From Clostridia bacterium (GTDB lineage: Bacteria; Bacillota; Clostridia; Christensenellales; Aristaeellaceae), in the NCBI GenBank assembly GCA_017517465.1, contig JAFWYZ010000018.1, positions 13,704 to 77,703 of the forward strand: DNA of 64,000 bases, written 5' to 3'. Position numbers and translations under genes: made by a program. Positions 1 through 9,526 of this stretch are shown here, piece by piece (within the stretch, counting starts at the first letter, position 1; the number at the start of each line of letters is the position of its first letter). The notes under the pieces are model-generated. The model did no database searches. It was given only the letters and a program-made list of their open reading frames with translations, and was not told where the DNA came from.

Positions 1-2528
1 AGGCGCACGTCCACGCCTTCGCGTTCCGCAGCGTCACGGGCAGTGGCATCGGGACGGATATTGAAGCCGATGATGATGGCATTGAAGGCGGAGGCCAGGT
101 TCACGTCGTCCTGGGTGATGGCACCCACGGCGCTGTGCAGCACGCGCACCTTCACTTCGTCGTTGCTCAGCTTTTCCAGGGCCTGCTTCACCGCTTCCAC
201 GGAGCCCTGCACGTCGGCCTTGATGATGATATTCAGGTTGACCACCTTGCCCTCGGCAATGCCGGCAAACAGGTTATCCAGAGACACCTTGGCAGAAGCA
301 GCCACACGGCTGGCCTTCAGCTTATCCTTACGTTCCTGGGCCACCTGACGGGACAGATGGTCGTCCTTGACGGCCAGCATTTCATCGCCGGCAGAAGGCA
401 CTTCGGTGAAACCGGAAATTTCCACAGGCATGGAGGGACCGGCGGTCTGTACACGTTCGCCGCGGTCATTGAGCATAGCGCGCACACGGCCGGAAGCCAT
501 ACCGGCCACGATATTGTCGCCCACCTTCAGGGTACCGTTCTGGATCAGCACGGTAGCCAGAGGACCGCGGGCCTTATCCAGCTTGGCTTCGATGATAACA
601 CCGGTGGCCATACGGTCGGGGTTGGCGCGCAACTGCTGCACGTCTGCCTGGAGCAGGATCATTTCCAGCAGGTCATCCACGCCCTGACCGGTCAATGCGG
701 AAACGGGCACCATAATGGTTTCGCCGCCCCAGTCTTCGGGGATCAGTTCGTACTTGGTCAGATCCTGCATAATGCGGTCGGGGTTGGCAGTGGGCTTATC
801 CATCTTGTTGATGGCCACAATGATGGGCACGCCGGCAGCCTTGGCATGATTGATGGATTCCACAGTCTGGGGCATCACACCGTCATCGGCAGCCACCACC
901 AGGATGGCGATGTCCGTTGCCTGGGTACCGCGCATACGCATGGCGGTGAAGGCTTCGTGGCCGGGGGTATCCAGGAAGGTAATCTGACGGCCGTCCAGGT
1001 TCACGGTATAGGCACCAATGTGCTGGGTAATACCGCCGGCTTCGGTGGTGGTCACATGGGCCTTGCGGATATAGTCCAGCAAGGAGGTCTTGCCGTGGTC
1101 AACGTGGCCCATGATGGTAATAACGGGAGGACGGGACTGAAGATCTTCTTCCTTGTCTTCCACATTGGTGTCGGACAGCACGTCTTCCGCCGTCTTATCC
1201 AGCTTCATTTCCAGTTCCACATCAAATTCGGAGCAGACCAGGGAAGCAGTATCGAAATCCAGTTCGCTGTTGATATTGGCCATGATGCCCAGCATCAGAA
1301 GCTTCTTGAGGATTTCACCGGCGGGCTTACCGATGCGTTCGGTCATGTCCTTGACGGTGATGGTTTCCGCCGTCATATAGGCCTTTTCGATCTTGATGGG
1401 GGCCATCATCTGCTGGGCAGAGGGCTGCTGCTTCTTGCTGGCCCGGGCACGCTTGCCGCCGCGGACGGTTTCATCATCGTAGCCGGTGAAGCTTTCCTTC
1501 TGCAGCTGCTTGCGGTTCTTGGAAACATGTTCCGGGTCATGCTGACGCAGATACTGCTTCTTGTTGGGATCGTAATTGCTGACCCTTTCCTTTTCCACCA
1601 CAGGGGCCAGTTCCGGACCGCGGCTGCGGCCTGCACCGCCCATGGGACGGCCTGCGCCGCCACCCTGCTGGGGACGGGGAGCGCCGCCGGCGGGACGGCC
1701 AAACTGACCGCCACTCTGCTGGCCGGCAGGACGGCCGAACTGCTGTCCGCCCTGAGGATTGGCGGGACGGCCAAACTGCTGCCCACCCTGAGGATTGGCA
1801 GGACGGCCGTAGGGGCCCTGAGGATTGGCAGGACGGCCATAGGGGCCCTGGGGATTGGCAGGACGGCCATAGGGGCCCTGGGGATTGGCGGGACGGCCGT
1901 AGGGGCCCTGGGGATTGGCGGGACGGCCATAGGGACCCTGAGGATTGGCAGGACGGCCATAGGGGCCCTGAGGACGGGCACCCTGCTGCTGGGGAGCAGC
2001 AGGACGGGCCTGGCCCTGCACAGGACGGGCAGGGGCGGCAGGCGCAGCCTGCTGTGCAGCGGGAGCAGCCGGCTTTTCTTCCTTCACAGGGGCAGCCTTT
2101 TCTTCTTTCTTTTCTGCAGCGGGAACAGCAGGCTTTTCGACAGGCTTTTCTTCCTTTGCCGCAGGAGCAGCTTCCTTCTTTGCAGGCTTTTCAACCGGCT
2201 TTTCTTCCTTCACGGGAGCAGCCTTTTCCACAGGCTTTTCGGCCGGCTTTTCTTCTTTCTTTTCGGGGGCAGCTTCCTGCTTGGGCGCTGCTTCCTCTTC
2301 ATCAGGCATGGTCCAGGCCTTCGTATGCTGCTGCGCCAGGATCTTCTGTTCTTCCTGATGCTTGCGGGCCTGTTCTTCTTCCTGTTCGCGCTGGAAGCGG
2401 ACTTCCTGCTTGCGCAAGGACTGCATCAGCGTATCAATATTACGCCGGATATGCGCAGCCTCTTCCAGGATCACGCCGGACTGCTGATTGATTTCTTTTG
2501 TAGCTTCTGCCAGTTTTACCTTGGTCAT
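1..2528 (-). CDS. infB: Translation initiation factor IF-2 (C-terminal end lies beyond the left window edge)
   Basis: The minus-strand frame from ATG at 2528 ([18 protein letters not shown]...) is open to position 1. It carries the G-domain motifs [22 protein letters not shown] and NKMD. It is absent from the ORF track because its stop is outside the window. It is the last gene in the conserved rimP-nusA-ylxR-ylxQ-infB order. Confidence 0.95.
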   Translation of the reverse strand, partial: MTKVKLAEATKEINQQSGVILEEAAHIRRNIDTLMQSLRKQEVRFQREQEEEQARKHQEEQKILAQQHTKAWTMPDEEEAAPKQEAAPEKKEEKPAEKPVEKAAPVKEEKPVEKPAKKEAAPAAKEEKPVEKPAVPAAEKKEEKAAPVKEEKPAAPAAQQAAPAAPARPVQGQARPAAPQQQGARPQGPYGRPANPQGPYGRPANPQGPYGRPANPQGPYGRPANPQGPYGRPANPQGPYGRPANPQGGQQFGRPANPQGGQQFGRPAGQQSGGQFGRPAGGAPRPQQGGGAGRPMGGAGRSRGPELAPVVEKERVSNYDPNKKQYLRQHDPEHVSKNRKQLQKESFTGYDDETVRGGKRARASKKQQPSAQQMMAPIKIEKAYMTAETITVKDMTERIGKPAGEILKKLLMLGIMANINSELDFDTASLVCSEFDVELEMKLDKTAEDVLSDTNVEDKEEDLQSRPPVITIMGHVDHGKTSLLDYIRKAHVTTTEAGGITQHIGAYTVNLDGRQITFLDTPGHEAFTAMRMRGTQATDIAILVVAADDGVMPQTVESINHAKAAGVPIIVAINKMDKPTANPDRIMQDLTKYELIPEDWGGETIMVPVSALTGQGVDDLLEMILLQADVQQLRANPDRMATGVIIEAKLDKARGPLATVLIQNGTLKVGDNIVAGMASGRVRAMLNDRGERVQTAGPSMPVEISGFTEVPSAGDEMLAVKDDHLSRQVAQERKDKLKASRVAASAKVSLDNLFAGIAEGKVVNLNIIIKADVQGSVEAVKQALEKLSNDEVKVRVLHSAVGAITQDDVNLASAFNAIIIGFNIRPDATARDAAEREGVDVR
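1685..1978 (-). repeat. In-frame tandem repeats inside the infB N-terminal region (degenerate 36-bp units followed by about six 30-bp units)
   Basis: Head-to-tail units of the type cctgaggattggcaggacggccataggggc. They translate on the minus strand to ([10 protein letters not shown])n preceded by [12 protein letters not shown] units. Confidence 0.85.
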
Positions 2529-2570
2529 TCGATGCTTGCACCCCCGCCATATCGGCAATAAATTCAGAAT

Positions 2571-2885
2571 TTATGTCAACGGCTCTTCCGTTTGATTGAG
2601 CAACCGCAGGATCTGGTCGCAAATGCCGCCTTTTTTCAGGCAGGCAGCCATACGTCCTTCCCTGCCGCAGGCCCTGTCCAGCAGGCCCGCTTCCATGATA
2701 TGCATGGGCACCCGGCGATAAGCACAGGCGTCCGAAAGCTTCTTTCTGGTGTTTTCGGATGCATCCTGATCCACCAGTACAAGGGCCGCTTTTTGGGCCT
2801 TGATTTCCCGCAGCGCCAGATCTGCGCCTGCCGTCAGCTGCCCGGCCCGCATAGCCAGGCCCAGAAGCCCGTCAATCTTCGCCAT
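2571..2885 (-). CDS. ylxQ: L7Ae/YlxQ-family RNA-binding protein
   Basis: This is the internal part of track ORF 2571..2960. A GGAGGG RBS sits 5 nt upstream of the ATG at 2885 (MAKIDGLLGLAMRAGQLTAG...). It has an L7Ae-like sequence and lies between ylxR and infB. Confidence 0.8.
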   Translation of the reverse strand: MAKIDGLLGLAMRAGQLTAGADLALREIKAQKAALVLVDQDASENTRKKLSDACAYRRVPMHIMEAGLLDRACGREGRMAACLKKGGICDQILRLLNQTEEPLT

Positions 2886-3159
2886 CCTGGCCCTCCAGGC
2901 TTTCCAGCTGAGCAAGCAGCGCGGCATGGGTTTCTTCCCCCAGTGTGCAGGAGAATGCACGCTCCAGCTGCTTTTGCTTCAATGCCTTTTTCAGGCATTC
3001 GGCATTGCGGCACACATAAGCGCCCCGGCCCGGCTTTCTGCCCGTCACATCCATGGACACTGCCCCTTCAGGGGAGCGCACCACACGGATGAGGCTTTTC
3101 TTGGGCTGCATTTCCCGGCACCCCACACACATGCGCATGGGTGTTTTTCTTTCTTTCAT
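2872..3159 (-). CDS. ylxR: YlxR/RnpM family (DUF448) RNA-binding protein
   Basis: 95 aa, with MRMCVGCREMQPKKSLIRVV typical of DUF448. It lies directly downstream of nusA. Confidence 0.85.
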   Translation of the reverse strand: MKERKTPMRMCVGCREMQPKKSLIRVVRSPEGAVSMDVTGRKPGRGAYVCRNAECLKKALKQKQLERAFSCTLGEETHAALLAQLESLEGQDGED

Positions 3160-3184
3160 GGCGCTTTGTCACCTTCTGTTCTGC

Positions 3185-4366
3185 TTATTCGATATCGTCA
3201 TCATCCAGGGGGATATCCAGATAATCGTCTTCGTATTCGTCGGCGATCACCTGACCGTCACCCATCTTCAGCTCGGGCAGTTCCAGCTGCATCAGTTCGG
3301 CAGCCTGGGTCTGGGACTTGATGTCGATCTTCCAGCCGGTCAGCTTGGCCGCCAGACGGGCATTCTGGCCTTCCTTGCCGATGGCCAGGGACAGCTGGTT
3401 ATCCATCACGATCACGCGGCAGATCTTTTCCTTTTCGGACACATACACACTGACCACGTGAGCGGGGTTCAGGGCGTTGGCCACGAATTCGGCAGGATCG
3501 GCGCTCCACTTGATGATGTCGATCTTTTCGTTCTTCAGTTCGCTGACCACCTTGTCCACACGGATACCGCGGGGGCCCACGCAGGCGCCTACGGGATCGA
3601 TGGCGGCATCGGAGGAGGCCACGGCAATCTTGGTACGGCTGCCGGCTTCACGGGCGATGGACTTGATCTGCACGATACCGGTGGCAATTTCCGGCACTTC
3701 CATTTCAAACAGGCGCTTGACCAGGCCGGTATGCACACGGCTGACCGCCACCTGGGGACCGCCGGCTTCACGGCCGGCACGGTACACCTGCAGCACATAC
3801 ACCTTGATATGATCGCCGGGACGGTATTCTTCGCCTGGCATGAATTCGTTCTTGTTCAGGATACCGCGGGTGGTGCCCAGCTCCACATACACGTTTTCTG
3901 CGTCCACACGTTCCACGATACCGGTGAGGATTTCGTTTTCCTTTTCGATGTATTCGTCGTAGATCTTGCCCTTTTCCATGTCGCGCATGCGCTGGAGAAT
4001 GACCTGCTTGGCAGTCTGGGCAGCCACACGGCCAAAGTCCTTGGGGGTCACTTCGATTTCCACGATATCACCCAGTTCGAAATTGGGACGGATGCTGCGG
4101 GCCGCTTCCAGGGAGATCTGCAGATTATCGTCTTCCACCACTTCGGAAACCACCTTGCGGGCAAAGATCTGCACGTCGTGTTCACGGCTGATGACCACGG
4201 ACAGGTTGGAGGAGGTTTCGTTCTGAGCGGCGGTATACTTGGCATACTTGCGGTAAGCAGCCTTGCAGCCGTCTTCCACAGCAGAGCGGATCTGCTCTAC
4301 GGGAATATCCTTGGCCTTGGCCAGATTTTCAATCGCATCATACATTTCGGACTTGCGGTTTGCCAT
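3185..4366 (-). CDS. nusA: Transcription termination/antitermination factor NusA
   Basis: 393 aa. It has an S1 domain and two KH domains (GACVGPRGIRV, AIGKEGQNARLAAKLTGWKIDI). Operon context supports the call. Confidence 0.95.
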   Translation of the reverse strand: MANRKSEMYDAIENLAKAKDIPVEQIRSAVEDGCKAAYRKYAKYTAAQNETSSNLSVVISREHDVQIFARKVVSEVVEDDNLQISLEAARSIRPNFELGDIVEIEVTPKDFGRVAAQTAKQVILQRMRDMEKGKIYDEYIEKENEILTGIVERVDAENVYVELGTTRGILNKNEFMPGEEYRPGDHIKVYVLQVYRAGREAGGPQVAVSRVHTGLVKRLFEMEVPEIATGIVQIKSIAREAGSRTKIAVASSDAAIDPVGACVGPRGIRVDKVVSELKNEKIDIIKWSADPAEFVANALNPAHVVSVYVSEKEKICRVIVMDNQLSLAIGKEGQNARLAAKLTGWKIDIKSQTQAAELMQLELPELKMGDGQVIADEYEDDYLDIPLDDDDIE

Positions 4367-4405
4367 TTTTCTGTAACCTCTGCTTTCTGTTATTTCAAAA
4401 AATCG

Positions 4406-4879
4406 TTATTCTTCTTCGTCCAGCGCACTCAGATCCGGCACCAGCCGCACCTGCGCCACGCTCTTGCGGGGAAGGGCCACTTCCTCTTCACCGGAGAGGA
4501 TCACCACTTCTTCGTCATTCATCCTAACCAGCGCACCCTGCACCGATTTTTGTCCGTTCAGGGGTTTATACAGCTTGGCAGCCACTTCCAGACCGATGGA
4601 AGCGTCAATGTCCCGCTGGTTTTTGATGGGCCGGTCAATACCGGGAGAGCAGACCTCCAGAAAGTCGTAATCGTAATCTTCCAGGGAAGGCTGCACCGCC
4701 CGATGATACTTTTCGCAGTCATCCAGCGTCACACCGCCGTCCTTGTCGATGTAGATCCGCAGGTAGCGGCCGGTAGGTTCTTTTTCCATGGCCACATCGC
4801 ACAGGTAGTATTCCAGTTTTTTGGCAAAACGCTCACAGATCTCCGTGATCCTTTGCATATTTGCGTTTTTCGGGGCCAT
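4406..4879 (-). CDS. rimP: Ribosome maturation factor RimP
   Basis: Track ORF 4406..4885. An AAAGGAGG RBS favours the third codon ATG at 4879. The motif CSPGIDRPIK is present. It is the first gene of the nusA operon. Confidence 0.9.
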   Translation of the reverse strand: MAPKNANMQRITEICERFAKKLEYYLCDVAMEKEPTGRYLRIYIDKDGGVTLDDCEKYHRAVQPSLEDYDYDFLEVCSPGIDRPIKNQRDIDASIGLEVAAKLYKPLNGQKSVQGALVRMNDEEVVILSGEEEVALPRKSVAQVRLVPDLSALDEEE

Positions 4880-4902
4880 ACACATCCTCCTTTACCGCTT
4901 CT

Positions 4903-5004
4903 GAAAATACACAAAGAGTGGGTATCAACTGCAAAAACATGCCTTTTCAGGGCCGCGGAAAAAACCTCCGCACTCCCCTTTGGCACACTGCAGTTCCCAC
5001 TCTT
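4903..5004 (-). promoter_or_regulatory. Structured leader element (long-range helix plus U-rich tail) in the rimP-nusA 5' UTR
   Basis: On the minus strand, AAGAGTGGGAACTGCA (4989-5004) pairs with TGCAGTT-GATA-CCCACTCTT (4914-4933). A U-rich tract follows, about 35 nt before the rimP start. Confidence 0.3.
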
Positions 5005-5086
5005 CGCTAAACCCTTCTTTCTTTCAGGTCACATTGTTCATTTCACTTTTTCCATGCACATGGCCCGATGCGCGGACCACAAAAGC

Positions 5087-5115
5087 AGTATACCACATTT
5101 TCTCTTGAATTACAA
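5087..5115 (-). promoter_or_regulatory. Putative sigma-A promoter of the rimP-nusA-infB operon
   Basis: On the minus strand: TTGTAA, a 17-nt spacer ending in TGG (extended -10), then TATACT. Confidence 0.4.
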
Positions 5116-5293
5116 GCGCATTTTTACCGCTTTCAGCCCGGAAATTCCGCTGTTTTTCGCTCAAAAAGCGGGTTTTTTACCCGTTTTGAAAAAAAGTTCA
5201 TAAAAATATGAAAAAATTATTTTTTTCAGCAGGAAAAAAAGGTTTTGCGGCGAATACATTTACACTCGCTCAAATATGGGGTGGTAAAGAAGG

Positions 5294-7294
5294 ATGCCTT
5301 GTGTGATCGCAGCCCATGCCGGATACTGTGCCGGTGTGAAAAATGCCATGGAGATTGCCTTTCAGGCAGCCCGTGAAGCACAGGAAAAAGGAATCCCCTG
5401 CCATTGCCTGGGTGAAATGATCCACAACCCTCAGGCCACCGGTGCGCTGCATGCCATGGGCGTATGCCGGGCGGACAGGGTAGAGGACGTGAAAAGCGGC
5501 ATTATTCTGCTGCGCAGCCACGGGGTGGCGCCGGACGTGTACACCGCCAGTGAACGGCAGGGCCTGGATGTAAGGGACGGCACCTGTGCCTATGTGAAGG
5601 CACTGCACCGGGTGGTGGCAGAAAGCACATGGCCGGTGCTGCTCATCGGTGAAAAGGATCACCCTGAGGTGCAGGCAACGGCTGCATGGTGCCAAAACGG
5701 CTGCACCGTCATCCAGAGCGAGGAAGATGCCAGGGGTTTGCCGCCCATGGAAGCGGCCCTTTGCGTGTGCCAGACCACCTTCCCCATGGAAAAATGGGAA
5801 AGCATCACACACGTGCTGGAAGAAAAAATCCCGGATCTGAAGAAAAAATGCACCATCTGCCTGGCCACCGCAAAGCGGCAGGAGGCCGCCAGGGAACTGG
5901 CCAAAAAGGCAGATTGCATGATCGTCGTGGGCAGCAGAATGAGCGCCAACACCCGCAAGCTTTACGAAGCCTGCCTGGCCCTTTGCCCGCGCACCAGTTT
6001 GGTGGAACGTGCTGCGGAAATACCGCCGCACTTTGGAAATATCCACACGGAATACATAGGAATAGCCGCCGGCGCATCCACACCGGATTGGTCATTTAAG
6101 GAGGTTGTCACACGCATGAACGACATGGAACACATCGACCAGGAAACCCTTCAGGAGCCCGCCACCAATGATACCCCTGCCTTCACGATGGAAGACATCG
6201 AAAAGACCGTGGTCCGCATTCACAACGGCCAGACGGTCACCGGCACCGTGGTACAGATCACCGAAGACGAAGTATGCGTCAATATTGGCTACAAGTCTGA
6301 TGGGCTCATCAAGAAAGCCGACCTGGTGGACAAGGACGTAAAGATGGGCGACGAAATCGAAGTTGAAGTCGTCAAAGTAAACGATGGTGAAGGCAACGTC
6401 CTGCTTTCTCAGCGCAACATCGTCAACCGCAAGGCTTGGGATGCGCTGATGGTTAAGTTCGAAAACGGCGAATACATCGACGCCGTGGGCAAGGAAGCCG
6501 TCAAGGGCGGCCTGCTCGCCACCATTGAAGGCGGCATCCGCGCCTTCGTGCCCGCTTCTCAGCTGGCCAGCCGCTATGTTGAAAAGATCGCCCAGTTCGT
6601 GGGTCAGGAAATGAAGCTGAAGATCATCGACGTAGACAAGCAGAAGAAGCGCATCGTTGCCAGCCGCAAGCAGGTTGTGGAAGAAGAAAATGCTGCCAAG
6701 AAGGCCGCCGCTTGGGAAAAGCTGGCTGAAGGCGAAACCGTGACCGGTATCGTCCGCCGCTTTGCCGATTTCGGTGCTTTCGTGGATCTGGGCGGCGTGG
6801 ACGGCCTCATCCACATCACCGACCTGGCCTGGAGCCGCGTGGGTCATCCCTCTGACGTGCTGCAGATCAACCAGGAAGTGGAAGTGAAGGTTCTCTCTCT
6901 GGATCGCGAACGCGAACGCATCCAGCTGGGTTACAAGCAGCTCCAGCCCAAGCCCTGGGACAACATTGAAGAAAAGTATCCCATCGGCCTGATCCTGGAA
7001 CGCGAAGTGGTTCGCATTCGTCCCTTCGGCGCTTTCATCGAACTGGAACCCGGTGTTGACGGCCTGGTGCATATTTCCCAGTGCGCCCTCACCCGCGTTG
7101 CCAAGGTGGAAGACGTGCTGACCGTGGGTCAGGTTGTGGCCGTGAAGGTTCTGGCCGTGGATCCCGAAGCCAAGCGCATCAGCCTGAGCATCCGTGAAGC
7201 CCTGGCCGACACCGCTCTGGAAGAAGGCGACGATATGGAAATTCCCGGCGAAGCTGAAGAAGTGTTCGCTGACGAAGCTCCCGTCGAAGAATAA
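5294..7294 (+). CDS. ispH: Bifunctional 4-hydroxy-3-methylbut-2-enyl diphosphate reductase (IspH) / ribosomal protein S1 fusion
   Basis: 666 aa. The N-terminal half is LytB-like (AHAGYCAGVKNAMEIA, GEMIHNPQ, SANTRKLYE). The C-terminal half has four S1 repeats (for example GETVTGIVRRFADFGAFVDLGGVDGLIHITD). The start could instead be the GTG at 5303. Confidence 0.9.
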   Translation: MPCVIAAHAGYCAGVKNAMEIAFQAAREAQEKGIPCHCLGEMIHNPQATGALHAMGVCRADRVEDVKSGIILLRSHGVAPDVYTASERQGLDVRDGTCAYVKALHRVVAESTWPVLLIGEKDHPEVQATAAWCQNGCTVIQSEEDARGLPPMEAALCVCQTTFPMEKWESITHVLEEKIPDLKKKCTICLATAKRQEAARELAKKADCMIVVGSRMSANTRKLYEACLALCPRTSLVERAAEIPPHFGNIHTEYIGIAAGASTPDWSFKEVVTRMNDMEHIDQETLQEPATNDTPAFTMEDIEKTVVRIHNGQTVTGTVVQITEDEVCVNIGYKSDGLIKKADLVDKDVKMGDEIEVEVVKVNDGEGNVLLSQRNIVNRKAWDALMVKFENGEYIDAVGKEAVKGGLLATIEGGIRAFVPASQLASRYVEKIAQFVGQEMKLKIIDVDKQKKRIVASRKQVVEEENAAKKAAAWEKLAEGETVTGIVRRFADFGAFVDLGGVDGLIHITDLAWSRVGHPSDVLQINQEVEVKVLSLDRERERIQLGYKQLQPKPWDNIEEKYPIGLILEREVVRIRPFGAFIELEPGVDGLVHISQCALTRVAKVEDVLTVGQVVAVKVLAVDPEAKRISLSIREALADTALEEGDDMEIPGEAEEVFADEAPVEE

Positions 7295-7317
7295 TCCCAT
7301 CTGAACAAAACAAAAAA

Positions 7318-7367
7318 CAGGGCTGTCACACCGGGCATGCTGTCCGCAGGGGCAGCCCTGTTCTTTT
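7318..7367 (+). terminator. Intrinsic terminator after ispH-rpsA
   Basis: cagggctg...cagccctg stem followed by ttctttt. Confidence 0.6.
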
Positions 7368-7379
7368 CGGAGGAACGGC

Positions 7380-8591
7380 ATGAAGAAGTTCATTCCGCTG
7401 TTTTTATTGCTGCTATGTGTGTGCCTTCCCGCTTTTGCTGAGGAAGCAAGGGATATGACCGCCGATTGCGAGATCACCCTCTCCCCCGGCAAATACAAAA
7501 CCCTTGACCGCATCTGCGACCGGGACTGGCACACCATCTACCTCAGCAACAAAATGAAATCCCCTTCCGTCACCGTAAAAGCCCCCAAGGGGGAGGCCAT
7601 GCAGGGCGTGTACGTGTGCTTCGGGGACAAGCTGGCCCCCTGGCAGGTGCAGGAAAAGCAGGACGGAAAATGGGTGACCGTTTTTGAAAGCGAAGGGCTG
7701 TATGCCCACGAATATGCGCCGGTGAACGGTGCCAGGGAAATCCGCATCCTGCCAAAGAGCACCAAGCAAACCACCCTTTGCATCGGTGAGCTGTTTGTAT
7801 ACGGCGAAGGCGATCTGCCCTCCACCGTGCAGTTCTGGCAGCCTGCCCCGGAAAAGGCGGATATCCTCTTTCTGGCGGCACACCCCGATGATGAGGTGCT
7901 GTTTTTCGGCGGCGCCATCCCCTATTACGCCGGAGAAAAGCAGATGGACGTTGCCGTGGTGTACATGACCTGCAACCTGATGGAACGCAGAAGCGAGCTG
8001 CTCAACGGCCTGTGGACCTGCGGTGTGAAAACCTACCCAGTCGTTGCTGATTTCTGGGATAAATATGCCACCAAGGTGGACAAGATCTATGATGCCTGGG
8101 GCAAAACCGCTTCCCAGAAGTTCATCGTGGAGCAGCTGCGCCGGTTCAAGCCGGAAGTGGTGGTCACCCATGATACCAACGGCGAATACGGCCACGGTGC
8201 ACACAAAACCTGCGCCGATTTGATGCTCAAATGCATCCCCATGGCAGCCGGCACCGCCAAGTTCACCGATTCCCTGAACACCTGGGGTGCATGGGAAGTA
8301 AAGAAGCTGTACCTGCATCTGTATCCCGAAAATGCCATCGAAATGGACTGGGATCAGCCCCTTTCCGCTTTCGACGGCAAAACCGGCTACGAAATGGCCG
8401 TGGAGGGCTACAACTGGCACTTCTCTCAGCATGATCAGGGCCAGAAGAACAAGGAAACCGGAAAATTTGAATATTTCATCGTAGAGCCCAGGGACAGCGA
8501 TTACAGCTGCTACCGCTTCGGCCTTGCCCACACTACTGTGGGCCCCGATGTGGAAAAGAACGATTTCTTTGAGAACATCCCGATGGAATGA
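7380..8591 (+). CDS. Secreted PIG-L/LmbE-family deacetylase
   Basis: 403 aa. It has an N-terminal signal peptide (MKKFIPLFLLLLCVCLPAFA) and the motifs AHPDDEVLFFGG and HDTNGEYGHGAHK. A good RBS is present. Confidence 0.8.
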   Translation: MKKFIPLFLLLLCVCLPAFAEEARDMTADCEITLSPGKYKTLDRICDRDWHTIYLSNKMKSPSVTVKAPKGEAMQGVYVCFGDKLAPWQVQEKQDGKWVTVFESEGLYAHEYAPVNGAREIRILPKSTKQTTLCIGELFVYGEGDLPSTVQFWQPAPEKADILFLAAHPDDEVLFFGGAIPYYAGEKQMDVAVVYMTCNLMERRSELLNGLWTCGVKTYPVVADFWDKYATKVDKIYDAWGKTASQKFIVEQLRRFKPEVVVTHDTNGEYGHGAHKTCADLMLKCIPMAAGTAKFTDSLNTWGAWEVKKLYLHLYPENAIEMDWDQPLSAFDGKTGYEMAVEGYNWHFSQHDQGQKNKETGKFEYFIVEPRDSDYSCYRFGLAHTTVGPDVEKNDFFENIPME

Positions 8592-8738
8592 CGGAGCAGG
8601 GGGGCTCCTCGCCCCCCATACCCCCACCAGGGGCATCGCCCCTGGACCCATTTTGCGACACACAATCGTATTAACCAAAGTATTTTCCGCATGTTGCTTG
8701 GGGGAACGGGAAGAGAGCCCACGGGCGCTATGAAAACG

Positions 8739-8786
8739 AAAAAAAGAGCGGCTGAGAGAATGCGTTCTCTCACCGCTTCTTTTTTG
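8739..8786. terminator. Bidirectional intrinsic terminator inside mosaic copy A
   Basis: An A-run, then the stem agcggctgagaga/tctctcaccgct (one bulge), then a T-run. Confidence 0.55.
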
Positions 8787-8934
8787 TCGTTTTCCCCGGA
8801 TGCAAAGCATCCGGTCGGCGGCATTTTGCCGCCATGCCCGTGTGCGGGCGCCAGTGGCGCACCCAATTCGCAAAAACACATTCGTTCTCTGCAAAAGTAT
8901 GTGTGCATGTTACTTTGTTTCACCGGGACATTGT
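8739..8934 (-). ncRNA. Candidate structured small RNA (copy A): conserved 5' box, four consecutive hairpins, intrinsic terminator
   Basis: On the minus strand: ACAATGTCCCGGTG box, hairpins at 8848-8860, 8836-8849, 8817-8833 and 8796-8814, then the terminator. It is paralogous to 22359-22546 with compensatory stem changes. No expression evidence is available from the sequence alone. Confidence 0.25.
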
Positions 8935-9022
8935 CTGTATGATATGAATTGATGTTTCCGGAGAAAGGGTGCAGGGATGATATCCCTGCTGGGGTGGGGG
9001 CGAAGCCCCGCATCGTCTCTCC

Positions 9023-9526
9023 TCACTCCATCTCCATGGTGTAATAGGTGGCATCAAATGTTTCGCTGCCGTCATAGCGGCTGTACTGACCCAAGTGGCT
9101 GAACTGATAGCCGCATTTCTTCAGCACATTCCCGGATGCCACATTGGCCGTAGCATGGCGAGCCATGAAGCGGCGGGCACCATGCTCATATGCCCATTGC
9201 AGCAGGGCCCTGGCAGCTTCGGTGGCATAGCCCTTGCCCCAACAATCCTTTCGAAGATTGTAACCCACTTCCCAGGCATCAAATTCTTCCCTGTATTTGA
9301 TGGAACCGGCACCGATCAGCTGTCCCGTTTCCTTCTGGCAGAAGCCAAACTCCTCTTCTTTCCCCTGCAGGGAGCGCAGCCAATCTTTTGTTTCTTCCAC
9401 GTTTTTATGCACAGGATAGGGCATATAGCGGTTTACTGCGGGATCACCCGTCCATTGAAACACCGCTTCCCCATCCGCTTCCGTCATAGGCCGCAGGATC
9501 AGCCTTTCTGTTTCGATCAAGCTCAT
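9023..9526 (-). CDS. GNAT family N-acetyltransferase (RimJ/RimL-like)
   Basis: 167 aa, with ERLILRPMTEADGEAVFQW and GKGYATEAARALLQWAY. Confidence 0.85.
   Translation of the reverse strand: MSLIETERLILRPMTEADGEAVFQWTGDPAVNRYMPYPVHKNVEETKDWLRSLQGKEEEFGFCQKETGQLIGAGSIKYREEFDAWEVGYNLRKDCWGKGYATEAARALLQWAYEHGARRFMARHATANVASGNVLKKCGYQFSHLGQYSRYDGSETFDATYYTMEME

Larger units (their letters stand above)
8592..9022. repeat. Hairpin-rich intergenic mosaic, copy A (inverted relative to copy B at 22165-22950)
   Basis: Block-by-block similarity to the reverse complement of 22165-22700. Example: ttccgcatgttgcttgggg versus ccccaagcaacatgcggaa. The GC-rich palindromes ggggggctcctcgcccccc, ccaggggcatcgcccctgg and gcagggatgatatccctgc are also shared. 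Confidence 0.75.

Noticed and set aside
135-2561. 808-aa plus-strand ORF, together with 43..348, 367..687, 1153..1380, 2054..2491 and minus-strand 1406..1981
   Set aside because: These are shadow frames of infB. The translations are low-complexity (Gly/His/Leu/Arg-rich, repeat-derived). They have no RBS, whereas the minus-strand frame encodes an unmistakable IF-2.
3053-5203. 716-aa plus-strand ORF across nusA and rimP
   Set aside because: It is antisense to two well-supported conserved genes, shows the biased composition typical of high-GC shadow ORFs and has no recognisable motifs.
6092-8894. Long minus-strand ORFs 6092..7537 and 7413..8894
   Set aside because: They are antisense to the ispH-rpsA and PIG-L deacetylase genes. 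The products are Gly/His/Ala/Val-rich with no motifs, and the second runs into the repeat mosaic.
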